Part shown: in pieces, positions 10,586 through 20,045 of the stretch
Position numbering within the stretch: position 1 is the first letter of the stretch
Layout: each line of letters starts with the position of its first letter
From: an uncultured archaeon
Lineage (GTDB): Archaea > EX4484-52 > JAADEF01
Length of the DNA stretch: 64,000 nt
Direction of reading: 5' to 3'
Assembly: GCA_964407715.1 (NCBI GenBank)
Contig: CAYOWP010000001.1
Span: 62,652-126,651 of the forward strand
Notes under the pieces: generated by a model
Told to the model about the DNA's origin: nothing
Databases searched by the model: none
What the model saw: the letters and a program-made list of their open reading frames with translations, nothing else
Translations under genes and position numbers: made by a program

Positions 10586-11590
10586 TTATGGCACCTCTAT
10601 CCTTTCTAATATTTCATCAATTATGGTGTCTGTGTTCAATCCTATTGCCTTACCTTCATAGTTCAATATGATTCTATGTCTCAAGACATCATGAGCCACA
10701 TATCTCACATCTTCCGGCAAGACATATGGTCTTCCCTCTAAGAAAGCCTTTGCTTTTGCAGAGATGTATAGAGCAATATTGGCTCTTGGAGATCCTCCCC
10801 AGGCAATGTATTTTCCATATTCTATGCCATAATTCTCAGGATTTCTTGTTGCATCTACTATATCAACAATATATTTTTTGATTTCATCTGATGCATATAT
10901 TCTTTTTGTAATTTCTTGCATCTTTGGAAAATCTTCTTTATTAAACACTGGCATGATTTGAAAACTCTCAAATTTATGAATAGTAGTATTCTTATCAAGA
11001 ATGATTAATTCTTCCTCTTTTGTTGGATAATACACATATACTTTAAAAAGAAACCTATCAACTTGAGCTTCTGGTAATGGATACGTACCTTGCTGCTCTA
11101 TCGGGTTTTGAGTTGCCATCACAAAAAAAGGTTCCTCTAAAGTAAAGATTTCCTTACCTATAACCACCTGTCTCTCCTGCATAACTGAAAGCATAGCACT
11201 CTGCACCTTAGGCGGTGCTCTGTTAATCTCATCTGCTAAAATGAAATTAGCAAATACAGGTCCTTTAACAACATAAAATCCCCTGTTTGGATCATAAGCA
11301 GTTATACCTGTGATATCTGCTGGCAAAAGGTCAGGGGTAAACTGGATTCTTTGAAATTTTGCATTCCTAACAGTTCTTGCTATTGTCATAACAAGCAGCG
11401 TTTTGGCTAATCCAGGTGCTCCCTCTAAGAGAATATGCCCTCTTGATAGCATTGATAAAATAGCAGCTTCAAGCACTTTTTCCTGTCCAACAAAAACTTT
11501 TCTCACTTCCTTTTTGAACATATCTATTTTTTCATTATAAAACTCAATTTCCTCTGAGATTTCTCTCATCATTGCAGAAAGCTGTACCAT
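10586..11590 (-). CDS. moxR: MoxR-family AAA+ ATPase (MRP type)
   Basis: GAPGLAKT, RIQFTPDLLPADITG, ADEINRAPPKVQSA, ATQNPIE, LPEAQVDRF. Confidence 0.92.
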   Translation of the reverse strand: MVQLSAMMREISEEIEFYNEKIDMFKKEVRKVFVGQEKVLEAAILSMLSRGHILLEGAPGLAKTLLVMTIARTVRNAKFQRIQFTPDLLPADITGITAYDPNRGFYVVKGPVFANFILADEINRAPPKVQSAMLSVMQERQVVIGKEIFTLEEPFFVMATQNPIEQQGTYPLPEAQVDRFLFKVYVYYPTKEEELIILDKNTTIHKFESFQIMPVFNKEDFPKMQEITKRIYASDEIKKYIVDIVDATRNPENYGIEYGKYIAWGGSPRANIALYISAKAKAFLEGRPYVLPEDVRYVAHDVLRHRIILNYEGKAIGLNTDTIIDEILERIEVP

Positions 11591-11657
11591 AATTTATATA
11601 TTAATTAAGGAAACATATATTATTTATCTATTATTTGATGTCTATAAAGGTGATAAT

Positions 11658-11954
11658 ATGCCTGAAGGAGAAGAAAAAGATATCATGGAAATTTTTAGAG
11701 AGATAAAAGAGAAGATTGCGAAGATAAATGAGGAAAAGAATGAGCTTGAAAGGAAATATCACGAGATACAGGAACAATTAAAACAAGTTCAAGCAAAAGA
11801 GATAGAGCTTAGGGATGCAATTGCAAAGTTTGCTCAAAAGGAAAGTGAATTGAACGCGCAAAGAATCTCTATTGAAAAAAAATTAAAGGAAATAAACGAT
11901 AAACTTGAGAAATTAATGAAAGTTCAAAAAGAACTTAAGGAAATATGGGGATAA
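11658..11954 (+). CDS. Small coiled-coil protein
   Basis: Heptad E/K-rich 98 aa ORF after GGTGA SD. Confidence 0.65.
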   Translation: MPEGEEKDIMEIFREIKEKIAKINEEKNELERKYHEIQEQLKQVQAKEIELRDAIAKFAQKESELNAQRISIEKKLKEINDKLEKLMKVQKELKEIWG

Positions 11955-11976
11955 TGCATAGAGCAAGGTAATTACA

Positions 11977-13281
11977 ATGTCTGGAACTCAAGTTATTACA
12001 GAGAAAAATATTAAGAAAAATGTGATAGTAACAGAAAAGAATTTGGAAGCTGAGAATATCTTAAAAGATTTGGAAGAGAGCTATAAAGAGGGGTTAATAT
12101 CAAAAGAGACATATGAAAAAGCAAAACGTTCTGTTTTGATGAATAAAGAAGATAAAAGTGAAAAGGAAGAAGTTCAAGAGGTTAAGGAGAAGAAAAAGGA
12201 TAGAAAAAAAGAAGAGAGAGATAAGAAAATCTCTTTTATAAAGAGAAGACATGTAGAAGAACTTAAAAAGATGAAGGAAAATTGGATAAAGGATCTCGAG
12301 TCTCTAAGAAGTTTGTATGAGCATGGCGTAATCTCTGAGGAAGAATATGAGAGAAGTAAAATAGATATCGAGGAAAAAATTGGTAAGATAGAGGAGATAA
12401 TAAAAAAGGAATTGGAGGTTGAGGAATTAGAGGAATTAAAAGAGAGAATCGAGAAAGAAATAAGGGAGGCATTTGATAAAGGGATATTTAAAGAAGAGGA
12501 AAGTAAACTAAAAAAGGATCTTGAAGCATTGGATTCGCTATTTGAAAGAGGTCTAATTTCCAAAGAGGAATACCAGAAAAAGAGGGAACTTATAGAAAGC
12601 CAACTTGAGAACTATTCTAAGTTAATAGATTTAATTGATGCAATATTTGATAAATTCATTGAGGAAATAAATCAGAAGATTGAAGAAAACAAGGAAGCCA
12701 CAAAACAGAAAGAGATTGAGGAACCAAAAGAAGGAGAGGTAAAGAAAGAGGTTAAAAAATATCCTTGGTATCTCAAACTTCTTCATATACTTGGATTATA
12801 TGAAATAAAAGAAGAGGAAATAGCAGAGATAAATGAGATAGAAGAGCAAATCAAAAAGGCATATAAGGAGAGTGAGATGAGATTCAAAATAAGCAATATG
12901 GCTCTTGTTATAAAGAGGAGAGTTAAGGAAATAATGAATATAGATAAGGCATTAACCTATAAGGAATTAATAGATTATATAGATAAATCTGACAAATTTG
13001 ATGAGAATATTAAGGTAAAGCTTAGATCCTATTTCCAAGCTGTAATGCTTAAGGAATATCTTGAAAAGGAAGATGAGAAAGATATTGAAAACATCTATAA
13101 AGAGAGTTTAGAGATTGCTAAGTTATTAAGCAATATAGAGGAGAAAAAGAGAACTCAGAAGAAACCTGAAAAAGAGAAATCTATTGAAGAAAAAGGAAAA
13201 GAAGAGGTGGAAGAGAAAAAAGAAGAAAAAGAGAAAAAGAAAGGAATTTTTGAGAGGATAAATGAGTTCTTTGGTGTGTAA
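11977..13281 (+). CDS. Charged coiled-coil protein with three SHOCT-like motifs
   Basis: LEESYKEGLISKETYEKAK, LRSLYEHGVISEEEYERSK, LDSLFERGLISKEEYQKKR. Confidence 0.7.
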   Translation: MSGTQVITEKNIKKNVIVTEKNLEAENILKDLEESYKEGLISKETYEKAKRSVLMNKEDKSEKEEVQEVKEKKKDRKKEERDKKISFIKRRHVEELKKMKENWIKDLESLRSLYEHGVISEEEYERSKIDIEEKIGKIEEIIKKELEVEELEELKERIEKEIREAFDKGIFKEEESKLKKDLEALDSLFERGLISKEEYQKKRELIESQLENYSKLIDLIDAIFDKFIEEINQKIEENKEATKQKEIEEPKEGEVKKEVKKYPWYLKLLHILGLYEIKEEEIAEINEIEEQIKKAYKESEMRFKISNMALVIKRRVKEIMNIDKALTYKELIDYIDKSDKFDENIKVKLRSYFQAVMLKEYLEKEDEKDIENIYKESLEIAKLLSNIEEKKRTQKKPEKEKSIEEKGKEEVEEKKEEKEKKKGIFERINEFFGV

Positions 13282-13283
13282 TA

Positions 13284-13892
13284 ATGAGATATATTAGCGA
13301 GGGAAGATATGATATTTTGTTCATAATTGGCATATGCTTATATCTTATCTTTAGTAGCTATATTGTGCCTTTTACACATGAAGCAGGACATGTGCTATTC
13401 TTAAAGCTTTTTCACTGTCATTACTGGGCACATCTTGAGTATGGGTTTTTTAATTCATTTTATGGTGTTATATATGAAAAATGTGATTTAACGCAAAGAG
13501 AATTGGCATTGGTGTATATTGGTGGAGTATTGCTTACCTTTATTATTGGTATTTTTTTGCTTATTCTTGAGTATATCCTTCACAGAAAGCACAAGACAGA
13601 AATAGCCGTCCCAATCTTGTTTGTTTCGTATTCATATCTTCTTGACATTACAAATTATCTCTTTTTTAAGGAAGGAGACATTGTAGAGTTCATGAGGACT
13701 GTTGGATTGGAAGAAAAAATAAGATATCTTCCATTGCTTGGTATACTTATCGTGGTGTTATTGTTAACATATCTTTATGTGGATCTTCAAAGAGAACTTC
13801 ATGTAATCATCGAAGAGGAAGAGCATCTCTTAAAGAGAATAATCAAAAAAATTAAGAAGCATCTTCGTTCAAAAACCTCGTCTCACAAATAA
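13284..13892 (+). CDS. Membrane zinc metalloprotease-like protein (M50B-like)
   Basis: THEAGH after a TM, YIGG motif, several TMs. Confidence 0.65.
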   Translation: MRYISEGRYDILFIIGICLYLIFSSYIVPFTHEAGHVLFLKLFHCHYWAHLEYGFFNSFYGVIYEKCDLTQRELALVYIGGVLLTFIIGIFLLILEYILHRKHKTEIAVPILFVSYSYLLDITNYLFFKEGDIVEFMRTVGLEEKIRYLPLLGILIVVLLLTYLYVDLQRELHVIIEEEEHLLKRIIKKIKKHLRSKTSSHK

Positions 13893-13904
13893 GAAGATTA
13901 TGCG

Positions 13905-14565
13905 TTTAACCTTAAAAAGCGATTTGAAACAGATAACCTTTTTAAAGCAGTTAGCTGCTTAAAAAACCTTTGTGTTATTGAGATTTTCCCGTTAACAAAT
14001 TAAAAATTTTTAATAAAAATGGTTAACGGGAAGATATCACTATCACAAGCACATTACAGCATGCTACCCTCTTAAAAAAGGTTAGCTGCTTGAAAACGCT
14101 AAATGAAAGGGTTATGCTTCCCGTTAACAAATTATTTAAAAAATAAAAAATGGTTAACGGGAGGAAATCGCTATCATATAAAGTTTTGCAAGCATGCTAA
14201 CCTCTACAAAAGGTTAGCTGCTTCTTAACCGCTTTAGAAAGGTTAGCTGCTTCAATACGCCAAATGAAAGGGTTATGCTTCCCGTTAACCAATTATTTTA
14301 AAAATAAAAAATGGTTAACGGGAGGAAATCGCTTTCTCAAGGCACATCGCAGCATGCTAACCTCTTTTCAGGTTAGCTGCTTCAAACCGCTCGAGAAAAG
14401 GAGCTATGCTTTGATGCGCTATTGATAAGGTATGCTTCCCATTAACAATTTTTTAAATAATTTGGTTAACATGAGACCTCTCTTATCAATAGCACATTAA
14501 AGCATGGCATCCTTTCTTGAGCGGTTTGAAGCAGCTAATCTTTTAACCCTTAATTTGGTTAATAT
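13905..14565. repeat. Tandem array of phased palindromic modules
   Basis: Units TGGTTAACGGGA...CTTCCC(G/A)TTAAC at 14020-14130, 14151-14291 and 14312-14448 with central GCATGCTAACC-N-GGTTAGCTGC; AT linkers; partial units at both ends. Confidence 0.92.
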
Positions 14566-14636
14566 GCCGCAACTTACAGATTGACAAAAAAATTTGATAT
14601 AATTTTAAAAAATTATTTTTACATAATATAATCTTT

Positions 14637-15242
14637 ATGGTTAATTCCAAGATTTTTGATTTGCTTATTCAGGCAAACGCAATAGAGTTGGGAGGGCATT
14701 ATGAGATATTTCCAAATACATATTCTCCAATATATTTCGATTTTAGGAAATTCTTTGAGAATCCAAGATTGTTTGATATCTTGACAGATTTACTTGCTGA
14801 TGTGACAAGAGAAATCAATCCAGAAAAGATTGCCGGTGCTTTTACTTCAGGCATTCCATTAGCTACTGCTATCTCTTTAAAAACCAACCTACCTATTGTT
14901 TTTGTTAGAAGACAGCCAAAGGAATATGGAAGCAGGGCAATGATAGAGGGTACGGTAAAAGAGGGAGAGAATGTGATGATAGTGGATGATATCTTTTCAA
15001 CCTTAAAAAATAATGAAGCATATATAAACGCGCTAAGATCAGCAAAGGCAAATGTAAGATACTTTTTGGTTATATTTGATTATGGCATGACACCACCAGA
15101 AAAGCTATTAGAGGCTGGGATAGAGGTTATCTCTCTTATCACTGCTAAGGATTTGCTAATAAAATTAGAGAAATGGGGCAAGATAACAAAGGAGGAAAGA
15201 ATGGAGTATATGAGGATACTAAAATATTCCAAGGTGTTCTAA
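14637..15242 (+). CDS. pyrE: Orotate phosphoribosyltransferase-like PRTase
   Basis: SPIYFDFR, SGIPLA, VRRQPKEYG, IVDDIFST PRPP loop (divergent). Confidence 0.75.
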   Translation: MVNSKIFDLLIQANAIELGGHYEIFPNTYSPIYFDFRKFFENPRLFDILTDLLADVTREINPEKIAGAFTSGIPLATAISLKTNLPIVFVRRQPKEYGSRAMIEGTVKEGENVMIVDDIFSTLKNNEAYINALRSAKANVRYFLVIFDYGMTPPEKLLEAGIEVISLITAKDLLIKLEKWGKITKEERMEYMRILKYSKVF

Positions 15243-15261
15243 GATTGGAGGAAGAGCAAAT

Positions 15262-15837
15262 ATGGTGGGATTAGCTTATAGCGATCTAAAGGAAAAGATA
15301 TTAAAGGAAAAAATGATAGAGGGATATGAAGATATTGAAAAACAATTGACGCCAAATGGTTTTGATGTAAGAGCCTGTACAATTATTGAGGTAAAAGAAG
15401 CAGGAGAAGTTGGGATATCAAAAGAGGAAAACAAATCTCCTATTTTAGGCAAGGCATATGTACTTGAAGGACACGAGAAGATATTGGAAAATTTAAACAT
15501 AGAGAAAATAATTACAATGAAATATGGAGAAAAACTTCCTTTATATAGGCTAAAACCATATCTTCTAATAACATGTGAGAAAATAAATACTCCTGAGGAT
15601 TTATATTTCAAAATTGAGATAAGAAGTACTTTGTTCAGATATGGACAGATGATACTGGAAACTGCGTTTGGAGATGCAGGTTATAAAGGAAGGCTAACTT
15701 TTTTGTTATTGCCAACATTAGATACCAAGTTGGCATTGGGTTGCAGAGTTGCACAAATATCTTTTGTTACTTTAACATCAAGAGCACATTATGAAAACCA
15801 AAAAGAATGTGGTTATCAAGGTGGAAAGATTTTATAA
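15262..15837 (+). CDS. Trimeric dUTPase/dCTP deaminase family protein
   Basis: QLTPNGFDV, RSTLFR, DAGYKG, RVAQ, YQG motifs. Confidence 0.8.
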   Translation: MVGLAYSDLKEKILKEKMIEGYEDIEKQLTPNGFDVRACTIIEVKEAGEVGISKEENKSPILGKAYVLEGHEKILENLNIEKIITMKYGEKLPLYRLKPYLLITCEKINTPEDLYFKIEIRSTLFRYGQMILETAFGDAGYKGRLTFLLLPTLDTKLALGCRVAQISFVTLTSRAHYENQKECGYQGGKIL

Positions 15838-15861
15838 AAATAGAGCTTTTTCTTAACTCTT

Positions 15862-16554
15862 ATGAGAGTAGGAGTATTATTTTCTGGAGGAAAGGATTCT
15901 ACTTTGGCATTGCATCTTGCTAAAGAACAGGGGTTAAAAATTGAATGCTTACTTTCCATTATTCCAAAAACACCAGAAAGCTATATGTTTCACTATCCTA
16001 ACATGCATCTGGTTGATGTACAAGCAAAGGCGATGGGCATACCGATAATAAATAGAATCACAAAAGGAAATAAAGAAGAGGAGCTAAAAGATTTAAAGTA
16101 TCTATTGAGTAAAGCTATCTCAAGATACAACATAGAAGGAATAGTAACAGGAGTAATAAGATCCTCATACCAAGCAACAAGAATAAAAAGAATCGCTAAG
16201 GAATTATCTTTGAAGGTATTTAATCCCTTGTGGTTAAAAGATGATGAGGAAGTATATTCCATGTTATCCGAAAGGAATTTTAGAGTGATTATTGTTGGAG
16301 TATATGCTTATCCTTTATCAGAGAAATATTTAGGTGAAGAATTGAGCAAAGAGGTGTATGAGGAGCTGCTAAGATATAAGAAAGAATATGGCATTAGTCT
16401 TGTTGGAGAGGGAGGAGAATTGGAAACCTTTGTTGTGGATGCCCCTCTTTTTAATTTTATGATTGAAATAATAGAATGCTCTAAGGAATATAAGAGATAT
16501 GAAGGAACATTAAAAATAAAAAAAGTGAGATTGGTAAAAAAGGATAAAAAATAA
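15862..16554 (+). CDS. Diphthine--ammonia ligase (Dph6 family)
   Basis: LFSGGKDS, SYMFH, PLW, GEGGELET. Confidence 0.88.
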   Translation: MRVGVLFSGGKDSTLALHLAKEQGLKIECLLSIIPKTPESYMFHYPNMHLVDVQAKAMGIPIINRITKGNKEEELKDLKYLLSKAISRYNIEGIVTGVIRSSYQATRIKRIAKELSLKVFNPLWLKDDEEVYSMLSERNFRVIIVGVYAYPLSEKYLGEELSKEVYEELLRYKKEYGISLVGEGGELETFVVDAPLFNFMIEIIECSKEYKRYEGTLKIKKVRLVKKDKK

Positions 16555-16628
16555 GCCCCAGGCGGGATTCGAACCCGCGGCCTCCACCTTACCAAGGTGG
16601 CGCTCTAACCAGGCTGAGCTACTGGGGC
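16554..16628 (-). tRNA. tRNA-Thr(GGT)
   Basis: GCCCCAG acceptor stem, anticodon arm CCACC-TTGGTAA-GGTGG, GGTTCGAATC T-loop; CCA not encoded. Confidence 0.96.
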
Positions 16629-16637
16629 AAACAACCT

Positions 16638-17390
16638 TCATATTTTACTGAATAACTCTCTAAGAATAAAGTACTTTTTGTTTATCTCCTTATTGCTCTT
16701 TCTTATTTTTTCTAAGCGTTTTTCCAGTTCCTTCACTTTCTCTTCAATCTTTGCCGGATGCTTTCTGATGTCCTTCTCTATGGCTTTTATAATTTTTATC
16801 TCTTTAATGATTTTTTCCTTTTCCATTTCAAATTCTTTAAATGCATTTTCTAAGCTTTCCAACTTTTTCATTCTTTTGTCAATGATATCTGTAACGTTTT
16901 TAAGATCCTTCTCCAACTCTGCCTCTTCTTCTTTTATCTTATTGAATACCTCAAGGATCTCTTTTTCCTTCTCTCTTATTCTTTTTAACAAATCCTCCAT
17001 TTCCTCCCTTTTTTTCAAGTCTCTCTCTAACACATTTTCCAATTCTTTAAGTATCTCTATTTCCTTTTTCAATACCTTTTCCTTTTCTTGAACATTATAC
17101 TCAATCTCTTTAATCGTTTTTTCACTGTCATCATATAATTTTTGAGTTACTTCCTTTGATTTTTCTTCTACATCATGCGGGAGAGTTACATAAATTCTTC
17201 CAAAGGAGTATTCCAAGTTCACTAAGCCCTCTCCTTCCAATGCCTTAGCCCATTTCTCCACTACCTCTATTGGAAGAGAGAGAGCATTGGATACTTCTTT
17301 AATACTTACTTTACCTTTTGTGGAAACAATCTCTAAGAATTTATCTATATCGCTTCCTTTTTTTATCTCCTCTAATATCTCTTTAGCCAT
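16638..17390 (-). CDS. N-terminal wHTH plus long coiled-coil protein
   Basis: VSIKEVSNALSLPIEVVEKWAKALEGEGLV then E/K heptads. Confidence 0.6.
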   Translation of the reverse strand: MAKEILEEIKKGSDIDKFLEIVSTKGKVSIKEVSNALSLPIEVVEKWAKALEGEGLVNLEYSFGRIYVTLPHDVEEKSKEVTQKLYDDSEKTIKEIEYNVQEKEKVLKKEIEILKELENVLERDLKKREEMEDLLKRIREKEKEILEVFNKIKEEEAELEKDLKNVTDIIDKRMKKLESLENAFKEFEMEKEKIIKEIKIIKAIEKDIRKHPAKIEEKVKELEKRLEKIRKSNKEINKKYFILRELFSKI

Positions 17391-17471
17391 ATATTATCCA
17401 ACCTCTTTATGATAATAAATTAAATATTAAATTTGAAATTTTTTATATCTTTATGGTTCTAATGGCTTTAT

Positions 17472-17619
17472 GGCATTGTCCAATAATTCTTTATTGTTAA
17501 GCGGAAACTTAACGCGCAAATAGCACTTATAGCAGTAATCGCATTAGCTCCATAAGGTTAGCTTTCTCTGATGCGCTTCTTTGAAATGTTACTTTCATAG
17601 GGAATTATTGGACAACACC
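17472..17619. mobile_element. Complete 148-bp MITE with 18-bp TIRs and 9-bp TSD
   Basis: Left GGCATTGTCCAATAATTC, right GAATTATTGGACAACACC; flanks TGGCTTTAT (17463-17471) and CGGCTTTAT (17620-17628). Confidence 0.88.
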
Positions 17620-18135
17620 CGGCTTTATTTCTATCTTAGTGTTGCATCCTTTGACATCTTCTCCAAATAAATATCCCAACCATAAACGAGGATATCCGAG
17701 ATAAGGTATTCTATAGATTACTTTTCCCTCTACATTCTCAATTGGTATTAGCCAAGGGTCAGGTTGAGAGTTATTATCTCCCCATGCAACCACATATTTA
17801 TGCGAATCTTCAAGTAATTTCTTATATGCTCTATGAACTATCAACCTATCCTGAAGAGGCTCATAATATACAATAATTGTAGAATTTGGATCCTTCCATT
17901 TTTCATTAGCAACAATCTCATCCCACGAGACACCTTTAACAATGATTACATCTCCTCTCTCCAATGTTGGTACCATTGAACAAGACACCACAACTAACAT
18001 TGGATAATCTGTTCCCAAAGCCAATCCCAAACCTTTATAAAGACAAACTGCTAAAATAAAAGCGATTATTACATCCTTAAGGTTTTCCCAAACATATGCT
18101 TTTAGAAACCTTATGATCTTTTTTCTTTCTGACAT
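17605..18135 (-). CDS. sec11: Signal peptidase I, archaeal/Sec11 type (S26B)
   Basis: VVSCSMVPTLERGD, IVHR, WGDNN, GKV, IPYLG; last four codons and stop come from the MITE. Confidence 0.88.
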   Translation of the reverse strand: MSERKKIIRFLKAYVWENLKDVIIAFILAVCLYKGLGLALGTDYPMLVVVSCSMVPTLERGDVIIVKGVSWDEIVANEKWKDPNSTIIVYYEPLQDRLIVHRAYKKLLEDSHKYVVAWGDNNSQPDPWLIPIENVEGKVIYRIPYLGYPRLWLGYLFGEDVKGCNTKIEIKPGVVQ

Positions 18136-18240
18136 AATTTTACATATGGTGTAGAATATATTTAAAACTTTTAAATAACCTAAATATTTTTAAATTTTTA
18201 TTTTCTTAAATTATATATCGATGTCAAAATGGTGATTTTA

Positions 18241-18519
18241 ATGCGAAGATCAAAGGGGTTAAGGAGAGGTACAAGAAAATCTCTTCAGTCATATAAGAGA
18301 CTTAAAATAACAGATATCATAAGGGAGTTTAATATAGGGGATAAGGTTGCCATGGTAATAAATCCTTCATATCATAAAGGTATGCCATTTAGAAGGTTTC
18401 ATGGTAAGGTTGGTGAAGTAATTGGTAAAAGAGGTAATGCTTATATTGTTAAGTTTAAAGATGGGAACAAAGAAAAGATTCAAATTGTCATGCCTGCACA
18501 CCTTAAAAAGGTTGCTTAA
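18241..18519 (+). CDS. rpl21e: 50S ribosomal protein L21e
   Basis: SKGLRRGTR, GMPFRRFHGKVG, AHLK. Confidence 0.95.
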   Translation: MRRSKGLRRGTRKSLQSYKRLKITDIIREFNIGDKVAMVINPSYHKGMPFRRFHGKVGEVIGKRGNAYIVKFKDGNKEKIQIVMPAHLKKVA

Positions 18520-18536
18520 ATAAAAGGTGATCTACT

Positions 18537-18860
18537 ATGAAAATCATTGAGGAAAAGACAATTCCGAATTTTGAGGTGAAAAAGATCTTAGAAAACTTTA
18601 AGGATGAGGAATTGATTTTTGATCAAAAAATCACCAAAGATTTTCTAAATAAATATTATGATATTGATGAAAAGATATATGCTGAGGTAAAGAAAAACCT
18701 ACAAGAGAGAGGATTTCCTGAGCACATTGTTTCTATGATACTTAACGTCTTACCAGAGTATGAGGAGCAACTTGTTGCTATATTTGCAAAAGAAAGAAAT
18801 AAGCCATCAGCAGAGGATATAAAATTCATTTTGGATGAAATAGCGAAAATAATAAAGTGA
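18537..18860 (+). CDS. rpo4: RNA polymerase subunit Rpo4 (RpoF)
   Basis: Conserved L21e-RpoF-DUF655 synteny; ILNVLP and IFAKER motifs. Confidence 0.82.
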   Translation: MKIIEEKTIPNFEVKKILENFKDEELIFDQKITKDFLNKYYDIDEKIYAEVKKNLQERGFPEHIVSMILNVLPEYEEQLVAIFAKERNKPSAEDIKFILDEIAKIIK

Positions 18861-18908
18861 TCTTTTTCTTATTGCTTTTTTATATTTCATTGAGAGGAGG
18901 TGTTTCTC

Positions 18909-19553
18909 ATGACAAAGATTAATCCAACCAAACCAGAGAGTAGAATCAGAGAGAAAAAAGAAAGAAGAGATGAATATGCCATAATTTTGGATTTCTTACC
19001 TCGTGGATATGCAAAAAGTAAAATTTCCATGCCTATTGCACAAGCAATAGCAACTACAACATTAACTTTGCTTGAGTTAAAATCAAAGCCTAATGTTTCT
19101 CTTGCTATAGGTGAAAAAGTATACATAGGAAGTGGGGAGAGAGATAAGATAGAAAGCATATTAAGGAGATTATATTATAGAAATCTCACAGCGACAGCAC
19201 AGAAAGAGTTGGAAAGGGCTTTACAAAAAATAATAGAGGAGAATGAGTTACATTTTGTTGAATTTTTCAATAAGGCAGAGAGCATAAATATACGTGAACA
19301 TCAATTGGATTTGCTTCCTGGTATGGGTAAAAAAACACTATGGCAGATTCTTGAGGAAAGAAAAAAAGAACCTTTCAAGAGTTTTGAGGATATCAAGAAT
19401 AGAGTTCCTTCTATGATAGATCCAAAAAAAGCAATAATTAAAAGAATCATTGAGGAATTAAAGGGAGAGGAAAAAATTTATTTGTTTACAAGACCTCCAT
19501 ATAGAGGAACCAGAAGAAAAAAGATGATGAGAAGATTTATGAAAAGAAGATGA
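18909..19553 (+). CDS. DUF655 putative RNA-binding protein
   Basis: AIILDFLP, FFNKA, HQLDLLPGMGKK, PFKSFEDI. Confidence 0.88.
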   Translation: MTKINPTKPESRIREKKERRDEYAIILDFLPRGYAKSKISMPIAQAIATTTLTLLELKSKPNVSLAIGEKVYIGSGERDKIESILRRLYYRNLTATAQKELERALQKIIEENELHFVEFFNKAESINIREHQLDLLPGMGKKTLWQILEERKKEPFKSFEDIKNRVPSMIDPKKAIIKRIIEELKGEEKIYLFTRPPYRGTRRKKMMRRFMKRR

Positions 19554-19628
19554 TGTTTAAATTTTCCCAAGAGATTATAGGAGCAAGCGCATATTTATTT
19601 TGGAAAAATTTTAGAAAGGTTTAGAATT

Positions 19629-19826
19629 CAGTTAACAGAAAACATATCCAATTCATCAGGAGGATTTTAGTGTTGTAATACTTAAAAAGCGGTTAGGAGC
19701 GGGTATCCTTTTACATGGATCATCCTGCTATAATATCCTAATGATAGAGATATTTTCCTGTTAACTATTTTATTAAAGAATTTGTAACCATATCAAAAGC
19801 ATTCCGTATAGCAGTTAACCTTTTAA
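19629..19826. repeat. Degenerate phased palindromic module(s)
   Basis: CAGTTAACAGAAAACATA...GATATTTTCCTGTTAAC, internal GCGGTTAG, trailing GCAGTTAACC. Confidence 0.6.
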
Positions 19827-19835
19827 GGAAATGAG

Positions 19836-19862
19836 GGCATTATCCAATACTTCTTTATTGTT
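19836..19862. mobile_element. MITE remnant (left TIR only)
   Basis: GGCATTATCCAATACTTCTTTATTGTT flanked by direct AAATGAG (19829-19835 and 19863-19869). Confidence 0.65.
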
Positions 19863-20045
19863 AAATGAGATCTATAAGATAACATTATTTTCATTTTATA
19901 TTCTCCATTATATATTTTTAAGTATATTAACATAATTATGTTTAATCACTACAATATATATTTTGAAATGTTAAAATCACTTAAAAGTAGTGAAAAGGAA
20001 TTTTGTGGCTCCTTTATCTTTCATATGTTTATGCGAACAAAAATT

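Noticed and set aside
13905-14565. CRISPR array interpretation of the tandem repeats (also 20046, 50421, 63774)
   Set aside because: Units are 110-140 bp degenerate palindromes, the intervening sequences resemble each other rather than being unique spacers, and no cas genes are present
16554-16628. tRNA-anchored provirus att sites at tRNA-Thr, -Asn or -Ala
   Set aside because: No duplicated tRNA 3' ends and no adjacent integrase or viral genes seen
19924-19946. XerD-arm-like palindrome ATATTAACATAATTATGTTTAAT
   Set aside because: No 6-bp spacer and almost entirely A/T, so likely coincidental
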